A stretch of 64,000 bases of DNA, from assembly GCA_045538635.1 (NCBI GenBank), contig JAZSRU010000128.1:1044-65043 (forward strand), given 5' to 3'. Each line of letters starts with the position of its first letter. Position 1 is the stretch's first letter. Below are positions 18,213 to 27,466 of this stretch, piece by piece. Source of the DNA: Victivallaceae bacterium. Lineage in GTDB: Bacteria > Verrucomicrobiota > Lentisphaeria > Victivallales > Victivallaceae. Both the position numbers and the translations under genes were made by a program. The notes under the pieces are model-generated. The model had not been told where the DNA came from and did no database searches. It was given only the letters and a program-made list of their open reading frames with translations.

Positions 18213-19256
18213 ATGAGCCGCACCACAATCAGAGATATCGCCAAAGCTCTCAATATCGCCCCGTCAACAGTATCAAGCTGTCTCAACGGAGATACTTCGC
18301 GCCGCATTTCTCCGGAACGCATAAAACAGGTTCAGCAGAAAGCAGAGGAAATGGGTTACATTCCGAATATCCTCGCCAGCAGAATTTTCCGCAGAAACAA
18401 CAAAAAACTACTCGGTATCATCGTCAAAAATGACAGCGCAATCTCAAGCACACAGAATATCCTCAATGTCATGATTTCTGAACTCAGCAAACACAAAAGT
18501 TGCGACTACTCAATCCTTTTCGCCACAAGAGATTCCCTGACTGAAACACTCCGCAACGGCGTCGGCCTCGGCATAAATGACTTCATCGTTACCGGCTATC
18601 TGCGCGGTGATGATCTCAAAAAAATCGACTTCCGCAAACTCCCGTCTGCCATACGGATATATGCGGCAAATTACTATTTTGATGCCAGCGATGTACAAAT
18701 CCCGCAAATCGCAAAAAAAATCGGATTTGCCCGCGATGATTATTATACTGAACTTAAAAATTATCTTGAATCAAAAAATTACGGTCCCGTGACTGTTGTC
18801 CGCGCACTCGAAGAAGGTCAACCGCCGCCGCAGGGAGCAGAACATATTTTCTATCAAGTCAAAGATATCAAAAATCTGTTCCAATTCGGCAGCGATATCA
18901 TCGCTCCGCAGGTCATCAGAAATTTCCGGAATGCAAAATGCCGCACCCTGCTGCTGCGCAATGACAGCCTCGCAATCGGCGTAATAGAAACTTTATTGAA
19001 AGAAAATATCCGCATTCCGGACGATATTGCTGTCATCGGCTTCAACAATGCGCCATTTGCACCTTACGCAAAAGTGCCGCTGAGTTCAATTTCATATTCC
19101 GGGCAGGACAACATTCTCAATCTGCTGGAACACATCCTCAACTTGCGGGAAATCCCTGACATTATCAGACAACAACCGATGCTGATACTCCGGGATTCTG
19201 TGCCGCGCAGCTGGGATTGGTCAGAATTCAAATATCCGGTAAAATCTGAATTCTGA
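18213..19256 (+). CDS. LacI family transcriptional regulator
   Basis: HTH TIRDIAKALNIAPSTVSSCLNG followed by a PBP-type sugar-binding domain. The start is at the internal ATG (in frame with track ORF 17937..19256) and is preceded by AAAGGA. Confidence 0.85.
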   Translation: MSRTTIRDIAKALNIAPSTVSSCLNGDTSRRISPERIKQVQQKAEEMGYIPNILASRIFRRNNKKLLGIIVKNDSAISSTQNILNVMISELSKHKSCDYSILFATRDSLTETLRNGVGLGINDFIVTGYLRGDDLKKIDFRKLPSAIRIYAANYYFDASDVQIPQIAKKIGFARDDYYTELKNYLESKNYGPVTVVRALEEGQPPPQGAEHIFYQVKDIKNLFQFGSDIIAPQVIRNFRNAKCRTLLLRNDSLAIGVIETLLKENIRIPDDIAVIGFNNAPFAPYAKVPLSSISYSGQDNILNLLEHILNLREIPDIIRQQPMLILRDSVPRSWDWSEFKYPVKSEF

Positions 19257-19297
19257 ACGGACTTTACCGGATATTGCAAATAAGAATCATTATTATT

Positions 19298-20569
19298 TTA
19301 ATTTAAAGCGTCTTTCAAATCGCGGCCCGCTGCATCCGGATCAGTAACAAATTCCTTCTTCATCGCCATCACAGTCGGAATGAATATCGGAATCATAATT
19401 GCCAGAATGACCGCTGAGGCAATGTAAACACCGCGGATACCGCAGAACCAGACCACTGTACCGCCAAGAAGCGAACAGACAATACCGCCTGCGGTATTAA
19501 CACTTCCCGACCAGCCGAAATATGTTCCGCGCAATTCAGGCCGGGTTATCTTGGTCAGCATCAACTGCAATACCGGCTGGATACCGCAAATCGCAAATGC
19601 CCCCAGAAAACGGCTGACTATAAGCATATAAACATTAGTCGAAAGTGCCAGCATCACCGTAAATACACTGCTGAGTACAAGAATCGGCAGCATAAGTTTG
19701 CGCGGAGCAATACGATCGCAGAGCCAGCCGATACACAAACCTGCCAGAAATCCGCCGATTGAAGCCGCCGCACTGACAATACCGGTATAACGGGCTGCAC
19801 CTTTTATAGTACCGAGAACCTTCTCCACCAGCAATGCCATATTGGGCTGCAGAAGACGGTTGGAAACTCCGAAACAGAGGAACAGTATCAACAACCAGAT
19901 AACTGCAGGCGTTGCGACATCTTTGAATTTGTACTGACTTTTCTGCCGCTGTTTTTTCGCAAGTTTGACATTGAAATCATCACGGGCAAAAATATGCACG
20001 AGCAGCGCACTGGTAAGATAAATACCGCCGCAAGTAAGAAATGCCTGAGTATAACCGAACCGTTCAACGATTTCAGCACCAAGCAGATAGCCGAGCATAT
20101 TGCCGCTGTTTGTACCGGTACTCAAAACACCAAGCACAAAACCGTGTTTTTCTTTCGGAGTTGTAGCAATGAGCAGAGTTTGTGCCGGATTGACTGTTCC
20201 GGAAAAAAATGAACAGACAAAACGGATACCGGCAAGAACCCAGAAATTGGGCGCAAATGCCAGCAGCGGATAAAAAAGTGCAGCAGCATAACTTGCACGC
20301 AGCAGCATCAATTTGCGTCCGAAACGGTCGGCTAACATGCCCCATACGCTGGTGGCAATACACAAACTCACCATAGATGCCAAATAATAGATATTGGTAT
20401 AAACACCACGAAGATTAGGGTCATCAATATTCAGATTCTCTTTCAACAGCAATGGAATAAACGGCATACAGCAACCGAACCCGACCATCGCCAGAAACTG
20501 CGACAACCAAATCACAAGCAAGTTACTTTTCCAATTTACAACAACAATTTTTCCTTGATTATCATCCAT
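19298..20569 (-). CDS. MFS transporter
   Basis: 423 aa with about 12 TM helices and the MFS loop 2-3 motif GMLADRFGRK. Confidence 0.8.
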   Translation of the reverse strand: MDDNQGKIVVVNWKSNLLVIWLSQFLAMVGFGCCMPFIPLLLKENLNIDDPNLRGVYTNIYYLASMVSLCIATSVWGMLADRFGRKLMLLRASYAAALFYPLLAFAPNFWVLAGIRFVCSFFSGTVNPAQTLLIATTPKEKHGFVLGVLSTGTNSGNMLGYLLGAEIVERFGYTQAFLTCGGIYLTSALLVHIFARDDFNVKLAKKQRQKSQYKFKDVATPAVIWLLILFLCFGVSNRLLQPNMALLVEKVLGTIKGAARYTGIVSAAASIGGFLAGLCIGWLCDRIAPRKLMLPILVLSSVFTVMLALSTNVYMLIVSRFLGAFAICGIQPVLQLMLTKITRPELRGTYFGWSGSVNTAGGIVCSLLGGTVVWFCGIRGVYIASAVILAIMIPIFIPTVMAMKKEFVTDPDAAGRDLKDALN

Positions 20570-20584
20570 ATTTCAACTCCTTGA

Positions 20585-21721
20585 TTATCTGCGGTAAAGG
20601 AAATCCAGCAACAACCGGCATCCGTCATATAAACTTGCGATTTCAATTTTTTCCTCTCTGGTATGTGCGCCTTTTGAACGGACAACGCCGAAACAAACCG
20701 CCGAAATCCCCATGGAGAAAGGAATATTGCAATCAGTTGAAGATGATCCCTCTATCACCTCAAGCCCGCTGATTTCATGCATGGAATCAACTGCGCGTTT
20801 TTTCAGTGCGGAATATCCTGCGGGATCTTTCATTTCACTCATGCATGGGCGTTCTCCCAGCATTTCAAGTTCAATTTCAACACCGGAAGCCTTGAACATA
20901 TCAATTGTACGATCAAAAAATACCTTCATTTTGTCAAGGCAGTTTTTGTTATCGGAACGATATTCATACATCATTGAAGCCTCCTGCGCAATGGTATTCA
21001 CCGAAGTACCACCTTCAATAGTGCCGACATTGAATGTTGTTTTACTGTTGCCCTCTTTCGGAACATTTACCGAGTACAGAGCTGAAATCATCGTGGCAAG
21101 AACATGGATTGCATTGCGGTTGCCGAAATTGCCGAAAGAATGTCCGCCCTCGGTTCTTGCTGTAACTTTGTATCTGTGAGAGCCGACCGCCTGCACTACC
21201 AGTCGGTGCATACATGCAGAATCCAGTGAAACAAAATTTTTCACTCTGGAGCCGTAAACTTCCATCAGTTTGCGGGTTCCTTTCAAATTGCCGAGTCCTT
21301 CTTCGCCGGAGTTGGCAACAAAAAGGATTCCTTCATTGTCAGGGCAATTATCTTTGTAATATCTGGCGCAAATCATGAGAACAGCAAGATTGGCTGTATC
21401 ATCACCGACTCCGGGACAATACATAAAGCCGTCTTTTTCAACAACTTCCATCGGTTCCATATCGGGAAAAACCGTATCCGTATGCGCCATAACGACCATC
21501 AAATCATTATCTCCGGTGTCATTCAATGGCGCGATAACATTGAGTGCATCATCAATATAAACATTTTCAAAACCGTTATCTGCGAACCATTTGCGACAAA
21601 ATTCCGCCCGCAGTTCCTCATGATTGGACGGTGCGGGAATGCGGCACATATCACGAACCAGCTGAATAACTTCCTCCCGAACTGCGGAGGCATATTCTTC
21701 CATTTTCTTTGTTAAAGCCAT
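20585..21721 (-). CDS. M20 family metallopeptidase (PepT/ArgE/DapE-like)
   Basis: Motifs MAHTDTVFP, GVGDD and ANSGEEGLGNLKG. The start was chosen at MALTKK, just after the CapA stop; the track ORF starts at 21775. Confidence 0.75.
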   Translation of the reverse strand: MALTKKMEEYASAVREEVIQLVRDMCRIPAPSNHEELRAEFCRKWFADNGFENVYIDDALNVIAPLNDTGDNDLMVVMAHTDTVFPDMEPMEVVEKDGFMYCPGVGDDTANLAVLMICARYYKDNCPDNEGILFVANSGEEGLGNLKGTRKLMEVYGSRVKNFVSLDSACMHRLVVQAVGSHRYKVTARTEGGHSFGNFGNRNAIHVLATMISALYSVNVPKEGNSKTTFNVGTIEGGTSVNTIAQEASMMYEYRSDNKNCLDKMKVFFDRTIDMFKASGVEIELEMLGERPCMSEMKDPAGYSALKKRAVDSMHEISGLEVIEGSSSTDCNIPFSMGISAVCFGVVRSKGAHTREEKIEIASLYDGCRLLLDFLYRR

Positions 21722-21728
21722 TTTTACC

Positions 21729-23042
21729 TCACAAATCAACGATTCCAAGTCCGTTTTCAATTCTGATATCGACACCGTACGGCTTACTCATTTCAGCAAA
21801 GCGTTCCAAAATTCCGTTGGCGGTATTTTTCACGGGCCAGCCATGGCGTGAACGCGGCAGACCGAACATTTCTTCAATGGGCAGAAATTCCAGTTTTGTA
21901 AGTTTGCCGTTTTCAGCTTCCCAGTAAGGAATGACCGATTCAAACATCACCAAATCATAACTCAAACCGCGTTTACCGCCGCCGGAACGGGCATTGAAAA
22001 GTTCATCCAGACGGGCGTTGCCGCTGAGTTTCTGTTTGGCAAACATTCCGTCAGGCGCACAGCCGATAGTTTCAAGCTGATTGATAAAATCACCCAGGCA
22101 ATGGAAAACCGGCTTGCCTTTGTAAATCTCTACCGGACGGAGCAGATGCGGACCGGTACTGATGACTGCATCCGCTCCGGCATCAATGCATTTATGAGAA
22201 AATTCAATTGATACCGGATCAACATTTTCCTTGAGCTTGCCGTAAATTTCATGTGTATGAGTGGCAACAACAACATAATCCGCCATAAAACGCGCCTCAA
22301 GGATTGCATTTTCAATGCGTTTCATATCGTCAGAATTGACAGTCGAAACAATTTCTGCTTTATCTCCGGCTTCAAACATCATCTGTCTACCGAAAGGCTG
22401 TTCTCCCTCTTTCAACTGCGGCAGATATCCCTCTGCGCGAATGATATCACTGGGGATATTGATACCGAGCGAATCAGCAATGCGTTTCAAATGTACCAGT
22501 TCATCCGGCGGCAGAACATATTTTTTATTCACGCGGATGCCGTTGACTCCGGGGCGTCCCGGCAGTTTGGCGGTCTGCTCGCCCGCCATATTCTCCGGAT
22601 TGAAACTCATTGTGCAGGCGATAAGTGCATAACGGCCGCTTGCGGTATCAATATAAACCGGTTTGGATGCATCAGCAAGACTGTTTCCTGTACCGGTGAA
22701 CGGAAATCCTGCCTGATTGATATAATGCATAGTGCGCTCCAAACCGCCGTATGAATAATCCAACGCATGATTATTGGCGGTTGAGAGGATATTTATACCG
22801 AATTTACGCAGATCATCCAGCACTCCGGGAGGAGAACAGAGCCAGCTGCCGCCACTCTGTGCGCCGCCGCATGATTCAAAATTGTGAACTGTGGTTTCCA
22901 GATTCCCGAAACGGAAATCACCCCGCAGAATAAATTTACTGACTTCATCAAATCCCTCATATTCGCCCTCGATGGGCAATCTGCGGGTAATCATTGCATC
23001 CCCGGTTGCAGTGCAACGGAAAACTGGTTTGAAATAAGACAT
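21729..23042 (-). CDS. CapA/PGA_cap family metallophosphatase-fold protein
   Basis: Motifs TGDAMITRRL, FGNLETTV, STANNHALDY and VVATHTHE are typical of the CapA family. Confidence 0.75.
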   Translation of the reverse strand: MSYFKPVFRCTATGDAMITRRLPIEGEYEGFDEVSKFILRGDFRFGNLETTVHNFESCGGAQSGGSWLCSPPGVLDDLRKFGINILSTANNHALDYSYGGLERTMHYINQAGFPFTGTGNSLADASKPVYIDTASGRYALIACTMSFNPENMAGEQTAKLPGRPGVNGIRVNKKYVLPPDELVHLKRIADSLGINIPSDIIRAEGYLPQLKEGEQPFGRQMMFEAGDKAEIVSTVNSDDMKRIENAILEARFMADYVVVATHTHEIYGKLKENVDPVSIEFSHKCIDAGADAVISTGPHLLRPVEIYKGKPVFHCLGDFINQLETIGCAPDGMFAKQKLSGNARLDELFNARSGGGKRGLSYDLVMFESVIPYWEAENGKLTKLEFLPIEEMFGLPRSRHGWPVKNTANGILERFAEMSKPYGVDIRIENGLGIVDL

Positions 23043-23196
23043 GACAACATCCTTTGTTATTATAAATCAAAATTATCATGTAATATACACCGTAAAAAAA
23101 TTCTTGCAAGCAAAAAAGCAGCAGTTTTTTTCAAGATAACCGGTTCAAACTGATATTCTGCAAAAAATCCGCTTTTTTATTCATTCCTGATTTGCA

Positions 23197-23224
23197 TTTT
23201 ACAACATTTGGTCATATTGTAAAA
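23197..23224. promoter_or_regulatory. candidate ArsR/SmtB operator
   Basis: Perfect 8 bp inverted repeat TTTTACAA-N12-TTGTAAAA lies 17-44 nt upstream of the ArsR-family start codon. Confidence 0.35.
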
Positions 23225-23240
23225 TAACAAAGGATTTTAC

Positions 23241-23573
23241 ATGGAAAAATTCAACAAACAAAAATGCATTAAACCAGCAGAGAAATTCAAGGCTCTCGGC
23301 CATCCGGTGAGGTTGTGGATCGCCCGTCAGCTGCTTGACGGAGAACATTGTGTCCAGGAATTTGTGCAGCTGGCGGATTTTGATTTTTCAACCATTTCCC
23401 AACATCTTGCAATTCTGAAAAATTCAGGCGTGATATGCAGCAGAAAATGCGGCAAACAGGTTTTCTACAAACTGAAATGCCCTTGTATCCGGCAATTCCT
23501 GCAAACACTCGAAGAAAATCAGGCCAAAAAACGGTGCAATGCAGCCATCAATAACAACATTTCATCCAATTAA
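23241..23573 (+). CDS. ArsR/SmtB family metalloregulator
   Basis: FKALGHPVRLWIARQLLDGEHCVQEF is the wHTH signature, with Cys in the alpha3 region. Confidence 0.8.
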   Translation: MEKFNKQKCIKPAEKFKALGHPVRLWIARQLLDGEHCVQEFVQLADFDFSTISQHLAILKNSGVICSRKCGKQVFYKLKCPCIRQFLQTLEENQAKKRCNAAINNNISSN

Positions 23574-23594
23574 CCAACGAGAAAGGATTTTATT

Positions 23595-23987
23595 ATGAAA
23601 ATCGCAGTAACCTGTGAAAACGATCAGGTTTTCCAACACTTCGGACACACTCCGCAATTCGCCATTTTTGACGCAGTTGACGGAGAAATCACTTCTGACT
23701 CCAGAATCGATACCGGAGATTCCGGTCACGGCGCACTCGCAACATTGCTTTCAGCACAGAATGTTGAAGTCCTCATCTGCGGCGGTATCGGCGGCGGTGC
23801 CATAAATGCTCTCGCACGCGAAAACATCCTCGTTGTCGGCGGTGCAGAAGGAAATGTCCGTCAGGTCGCAGAAGATTTTGCCAACGGCAGACTCAAAGTG
23901 CGCGCAAATTTCCACTGCAATCATCACGACCACGGCGAAGGTCATACCTGCGGAGATCACGGCTGCGGCTCAAACAAATGCCATTGA
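23595..23987 (+). CDS. NifB/NifX/NafY-family (dinitrogenase FeMo-cofactor-binding fold) protein with His/Cys-rich tail
   Basis: MKIAVTCENDQVFQHFGHTPQFAIFD and LICGGIGGGA motifs. C-terminal tail HCNHHDHGEGHTCGDHGCGSNKCH. Confidence 0.7.
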   Translation: MKIAVTCENDQVFQHFGHTPQFAIFDAVDGEITSDSRIDTGDSGHGALATLLSAQNVEVLICGGIGGGAINALARENILVVGGAEGNVRQVAEDFANGRLKVRANFHCNHHDHGEGHTCGDHGCGSNKCH

Positions 23988-24004
23988 TCCGGTATTTCCC
24001 CGAC

Positions 24005-24048
24005 AGGCTGCGGCTTACCTTTCAGGAAGTTTTGCCGCAGCCTTTTTT
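24005..24048 (+). terminator. rho-independent terminator
   Basis: AGGCTGCGGC (24005-24014) pairs with GCCGCAGCCT (24034-24043) and is followed by T6. Confidence 0.6.
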
Positions 24049-24196
24049 ACGGGGCAATGCTGAAAGTTTACAACCGGCAATATAATCCGCCCTCTCATGC
24101 ATAACCGTAATATATTATATAACTTTTTTTGTTATTTCCCTTGAAAAATCCACTCTCTGAATGTAAATTGTAGGGAATACATTTTCATCAGAACAA

Positions 24197-25960
24197 ATGA
24201 GGATTTTTATGCGTTTTTTTATCTTGCTGTTTATGCTGTTTTCATTCTCCCTCTGCGGGGGGGTGCTTGATTCCATGCAGAACATCTCCACCCGCAACAC
24301 AACTCTGCCGCTGTATAACGGCAACGAATTACAGGCGATCCTGTTCGGCAAAGATATCCGCCGCAGCGGCGAACTTCTGCTGGTCGATGGACCATGCATT
24401 GACATCGTGCGCAAAAATGCGGACCCGAAATTTGTCAAAACCGGCGTGGTGGAAGTTTATCCGCTCAACTCCGATATAAAGAAAATTATAGATTTCTGGC
24501 GTGAACGCATCCTGTTCAGCGACGGAGTTGTTTCATCTCCTCATACCGATGTCAATCAAAGCATCCGGCAGGCTTTCGGCAAAGATGAAATACATTTCCG
24601 CTCCCCCGCCATTGATATTGACGGAGTCGGATTTCATGCCAATTACCGCGAAAGCCACTGCCTCGTCAAATCAAATGTCAAAATAGTCATCCGCAACGGA
24701 GCATCCGATGTCCGTGTAATGCTCAACAGCGGCAAAATTCCAAAAATCCTGAATCTGATACACGCAACCTCAGATCAACTCTATATCCATTTGAAAAAAG
24801 GCGAAATAATCCTTACCGGCAATGTCTTTATCCGCGACCCCAAAGGCGATATCAAATGCGATAAAATGGTGATTCTCCTCGACCGTGCTTCCGGCAAAAC
24901 AAAAAATAAAAATAACGGCGGCAATATTCAGGGCAGCTCCGTAAAATCAATCAACTGCTTCGGCAACATCGAAATCGACATGAAAGAAAATGCCCCCGAT
25001 ACCGGCGATGACAGCGGTGCAGCTATCAAATTCTTCAGTTTGAACAATGCCAAACAGGACCTGCTCAACGATTTGTCCGTAAATACTTTCTGCAGCAAAA
25101 AACAACCCGCTGTCAAAAGCATGGATATTGCCGGAACCAAAATCAATGCACGGCAGATGCGCTGGGATTTCCAGAAAAACATCCTCCAATTCCGCAACGA
25201 TGTCAAAATCCGCGACCACCGGCTCAATCTTGATTGCGGCGACCTCAAAATTTATCTCGCCTCCAAAAACAAAAAAAGTAAAAATACCGTCGAAAAAATC
25301 GAAGCTTCCAACGCGGTCAACCTGATAGATGAAGATTACGATGTCAAAGCCGACAGAATGATTCTTTATTTCCCCGCGGATAAACCTATCAATGCCGGAC
25401 CTGATGATGTGTACGCTTTCGGCCATGTCCTCATCACCAGTTTCAAACGCAATGAAAACAAAAAAATAATATCAAAATCAACACTTGCCGCCGACAAAGG
25501 TTCAATTTTCCGTCAGAAAAACAAGGCTCTCTTTCTCGGCAATGTCAAAGTGCGCGATGAAGCTTTCCATCTCGATTCCGACCAGCTGCATATTTTCGTT
25601 GAAAAATACCCCGCCGGAACAGTTTTCCCGCCCATGAAAAAAGGCGAAGCCCCCAAACGCGTCCGCCTCAACAGCGAATATGAACTCAAACATATCACAG
25701 CTTTCAAAAATGTCGCCATTTACCGCAAAAATCCCGACGGCGATGAAAAAGCATACGGCGACCGCGCCGATTACTTTATCAAAAACCGCAAAATAACCCT
25801 CACCGGCACCAATAAAAAAGCTCCGGTTCTCTACAAAGGTGAAAATACTCTCGCTACCGAAATCGGCAGCAAAGTTATCGTTGACCTCGATGAACAAATC
25901 GCCAGCACCGTCGGCGGCGCAGAACTGCATATCAAAGAAAATTTAAACAAAAGGAAATAA
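24197..25960 (+). CDS. secreted protein with repeated OstA/LptA-like beta-jellyroll modules
   Basis: Signal peptide present. Recurrent LptA-like strands: LTGNVFIRDPKGDIKCDKMVI, NDVKIRDHRLNLDCGDLKIYL, LGNVKVRDEAFHLDSDQLHIF, ADYFIKNRKITLTG. Confidence 0.45.
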   Translation: MRIFMRFFILLFMLFSFSLCGGVLDSMQNISTRNTTLPLYNGNELQAILFGKDIRRSGELLLVDGPCIDIVRKNADPKFVKTGVVEVYPLNSDIKKIIDFWRERILFSDGVVSSPHTDVNQSIRQAFGKDEIHFRSPAIDIDGVGFHANYRESHCLVKSNVKIVIRNGASDVRVMLNSGKIPKILNLIHATSDQLYIHLKKGEIILTGNVFIRDPKGDIKCDKMVILLDRASGKTKNKNNGGNIQGSSVKSINCFGNIEIDMKENAPDTGDDSGAAIKFFSLNNAKQDLLNDLSVNTFCSKKQPAVKSMDIAGTKINARQMRWDFQKNILQFRNDVKIRDHRLNLDCGDLKIYLASKNKKSKNTVEKIEASNAVNLIDEDYDVKADRMILYFPADKPINAGPDDVYAFGHVLITSFKRNENKKIISKSTLAADKGSIFRQKNKALFLGNVKVRDEAFHLDSDQLHIFVEKYPAGTVFPPMKKGEAPKRVRLNSEYELKHITAFKNVAIYRKNPDGDEKAYGDRADYFIKNRKITLTGTNKKAPVLYKGENTLATEIGSKVIVDLDEQIASTVGGAELHIKENLNKRK

Positions 25961-25962
25961 TC

Positions 25963-26853
25963 ATGGCTGTAAAATCAATTCAGTGTACCGAAATAAATTT
26001 TGACCGTCTGGACACCCTCATCAAATTGGCATACGAAGAAGATCTGGAAAGCAATGGTGATACCACAACACTCGCCGTTATTCCAACTGAAACTCAGGCC
26101 AAAGCAATCCTGTTGTGCAAAGAAAACAATATGGTTCTCGCCGGTATTGCCGTTGCAGAACGGGTTTTCAGTTATCTCGACCCGACTCTCAAATTTACAG
26201 CTCTCAAAAAAGACGGTGATCTCTGTCAGAAAGGCGACAAACTCGCCGTCATCTCCGGCAAAGCTCAATCCATTCTTACCGCCGAACGCACCGCTTTGAA
26301 CTTTCTCCAGCGTCTTTGCGGTGTTGCCAGTACATCCCGCAAATATGCAGAAGCCCTGAAAGGTTCAGCATGTGTCGCACTTGATACCCGCAAAACCACT
26401 CCCGGCTGGCGCAACCTCGAAAAATACGCCGTTCAATGCGGAGGCTCCACCAATCACCGCATCGGACTTTTTGATCGCGTTATGATCAAAGACAATCACC
26501 GCGAACTCGCAAAACTTGAGGGAGAAAACAGCATTGAACGCTCCGTCGCACGCTGCCGTGAAATGTTCCCCGATCTCGAAGTAGAGGTCGAAGCAGACTC
26601 TCTCGAAGAAGTTAAACACGCTCTTGATGCAAAAGCTGAATACATCCTCCTCGACAATATGTCAAACGAAACCATGGCAGAGGCCGTCAAAATGGCAGAC
26701 GGCAAAGCTCTGCTCGAAGCATCCGGCGGCATCACAATCGAACGGTTGCCCTCCATCGGCAAAATCGGAGTTGACTTTGTTTCAGCAGGCGCGCTCACTC
26801 ACTCCGTTAAATCTTCTGATATTTCTCTCGACATCCAGCTTGATGAGGCATAA
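25963..26853 (+). CDS. nadC: nicotinate-nucleotide pyrophosphorylase (carboxylating)
   Basis: Motifs LTAERTALNFLQRLCGVAS, DTRKTTPG, IKDNH and LDNM. Confidence 0.9.
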   Translation: MAVKSIQCTEINFDRLDTLIKLAYEEDLESNGDTTTLAVIPTETQAKAILLCKENNMVLAGIAVAERVFSYLDPTLKFTALKKDGDLCQKGDKLAVISGKAQSILTAERTALNFLQRLCGVASTSRKYAEALKGSACVALDTRKTTPGWRNLEKYAVQCGGSTNHRIGLFDRVMIKDNHRELAKLEGENSIERSVARCREMFPDLEVEVEADSLEEVKHALDAKAEYILLDNMSNETMAEAVKMADGKALLEASGGITIERLPSIGKIGVDFVSAGALTHSVKSSDISLDIQLDEA

Positions 26854-26856
26854 AAA

Positions 26857-27456
26857 ATGATTGCCCGTCTGCATGGAACACTTATTGACGCACCGCTGTC
26901 GCAGGAAATTGTCATTGATGTAAACGGAGTCGGTTATGAAGTATTGCTTCCGGCATCATCTTTTTCCAATCTGCCGCGCATCGGAGAAGAAGTGACCCTT
27001 TTCATCCATACTGTTGTGCGTGAAGATGCAATTTCACTTTTCGGCTTCATGACAAAACAGGAAAAAGACCTTTTCAAAATCCTGATAAATGTTTCCGGAG
27101 TCGGCGGTAAACTCGCCAACAGCATACTCGGAGCAATGCCGGTCGAATCTTTCTGCGCCGCGATACAGACCAAAAACAGCGCACTTTTGAGCAAAATCCC
27201 CGGGATCGGCAAACGCACAGCGGAGCGTCTTACAGTTGAACTTGACGGCAAACTTGATTCTTTTGATATCGCCATTGCTGATATCGGAGCCAAAGATCAA
27301 TCCCTTTTCAACGACACCATGCAGGCTCTCGTCCAGCTCGGATTCAAAAAAGACCACTGCCACACCGTACTCAAAGAACTTATTGCGGAAAATTCACAGG
27401 AAAATCTTTCTGTTGAAACACTTCTCCGCCTGGCATTGAGCAAAGTTTCAAGATAA
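26857..27456 (+). CDS. ruvA: Holliday junction branch-migration complex subunit RuvA
   Basis: MIARLHGTL...VNGVGYEV plus HhH motifs LINVSGVGGKLA and KIPGIGKRTAERL. Confidence 0.9.
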   Translation: MIARLHGTLIDAPLSQEIVIDVNGVGYEVLLPASSFSNLPRIGEEVTLFIHTVVREDAISLFGFMTKQEKDLFKILINVSGVGGKLANSILGAMPVESFCAAIQTKNSALLSKIPGIGKRTAERLTVELDGKLDSFDIAIADIGAKDQSLFNDTMQALVQLGFKKDHCHTVLKELIAENSQENLSVETLLRLALSKVSR

Positions 27457-27466
27457 ATTCTGCGGA

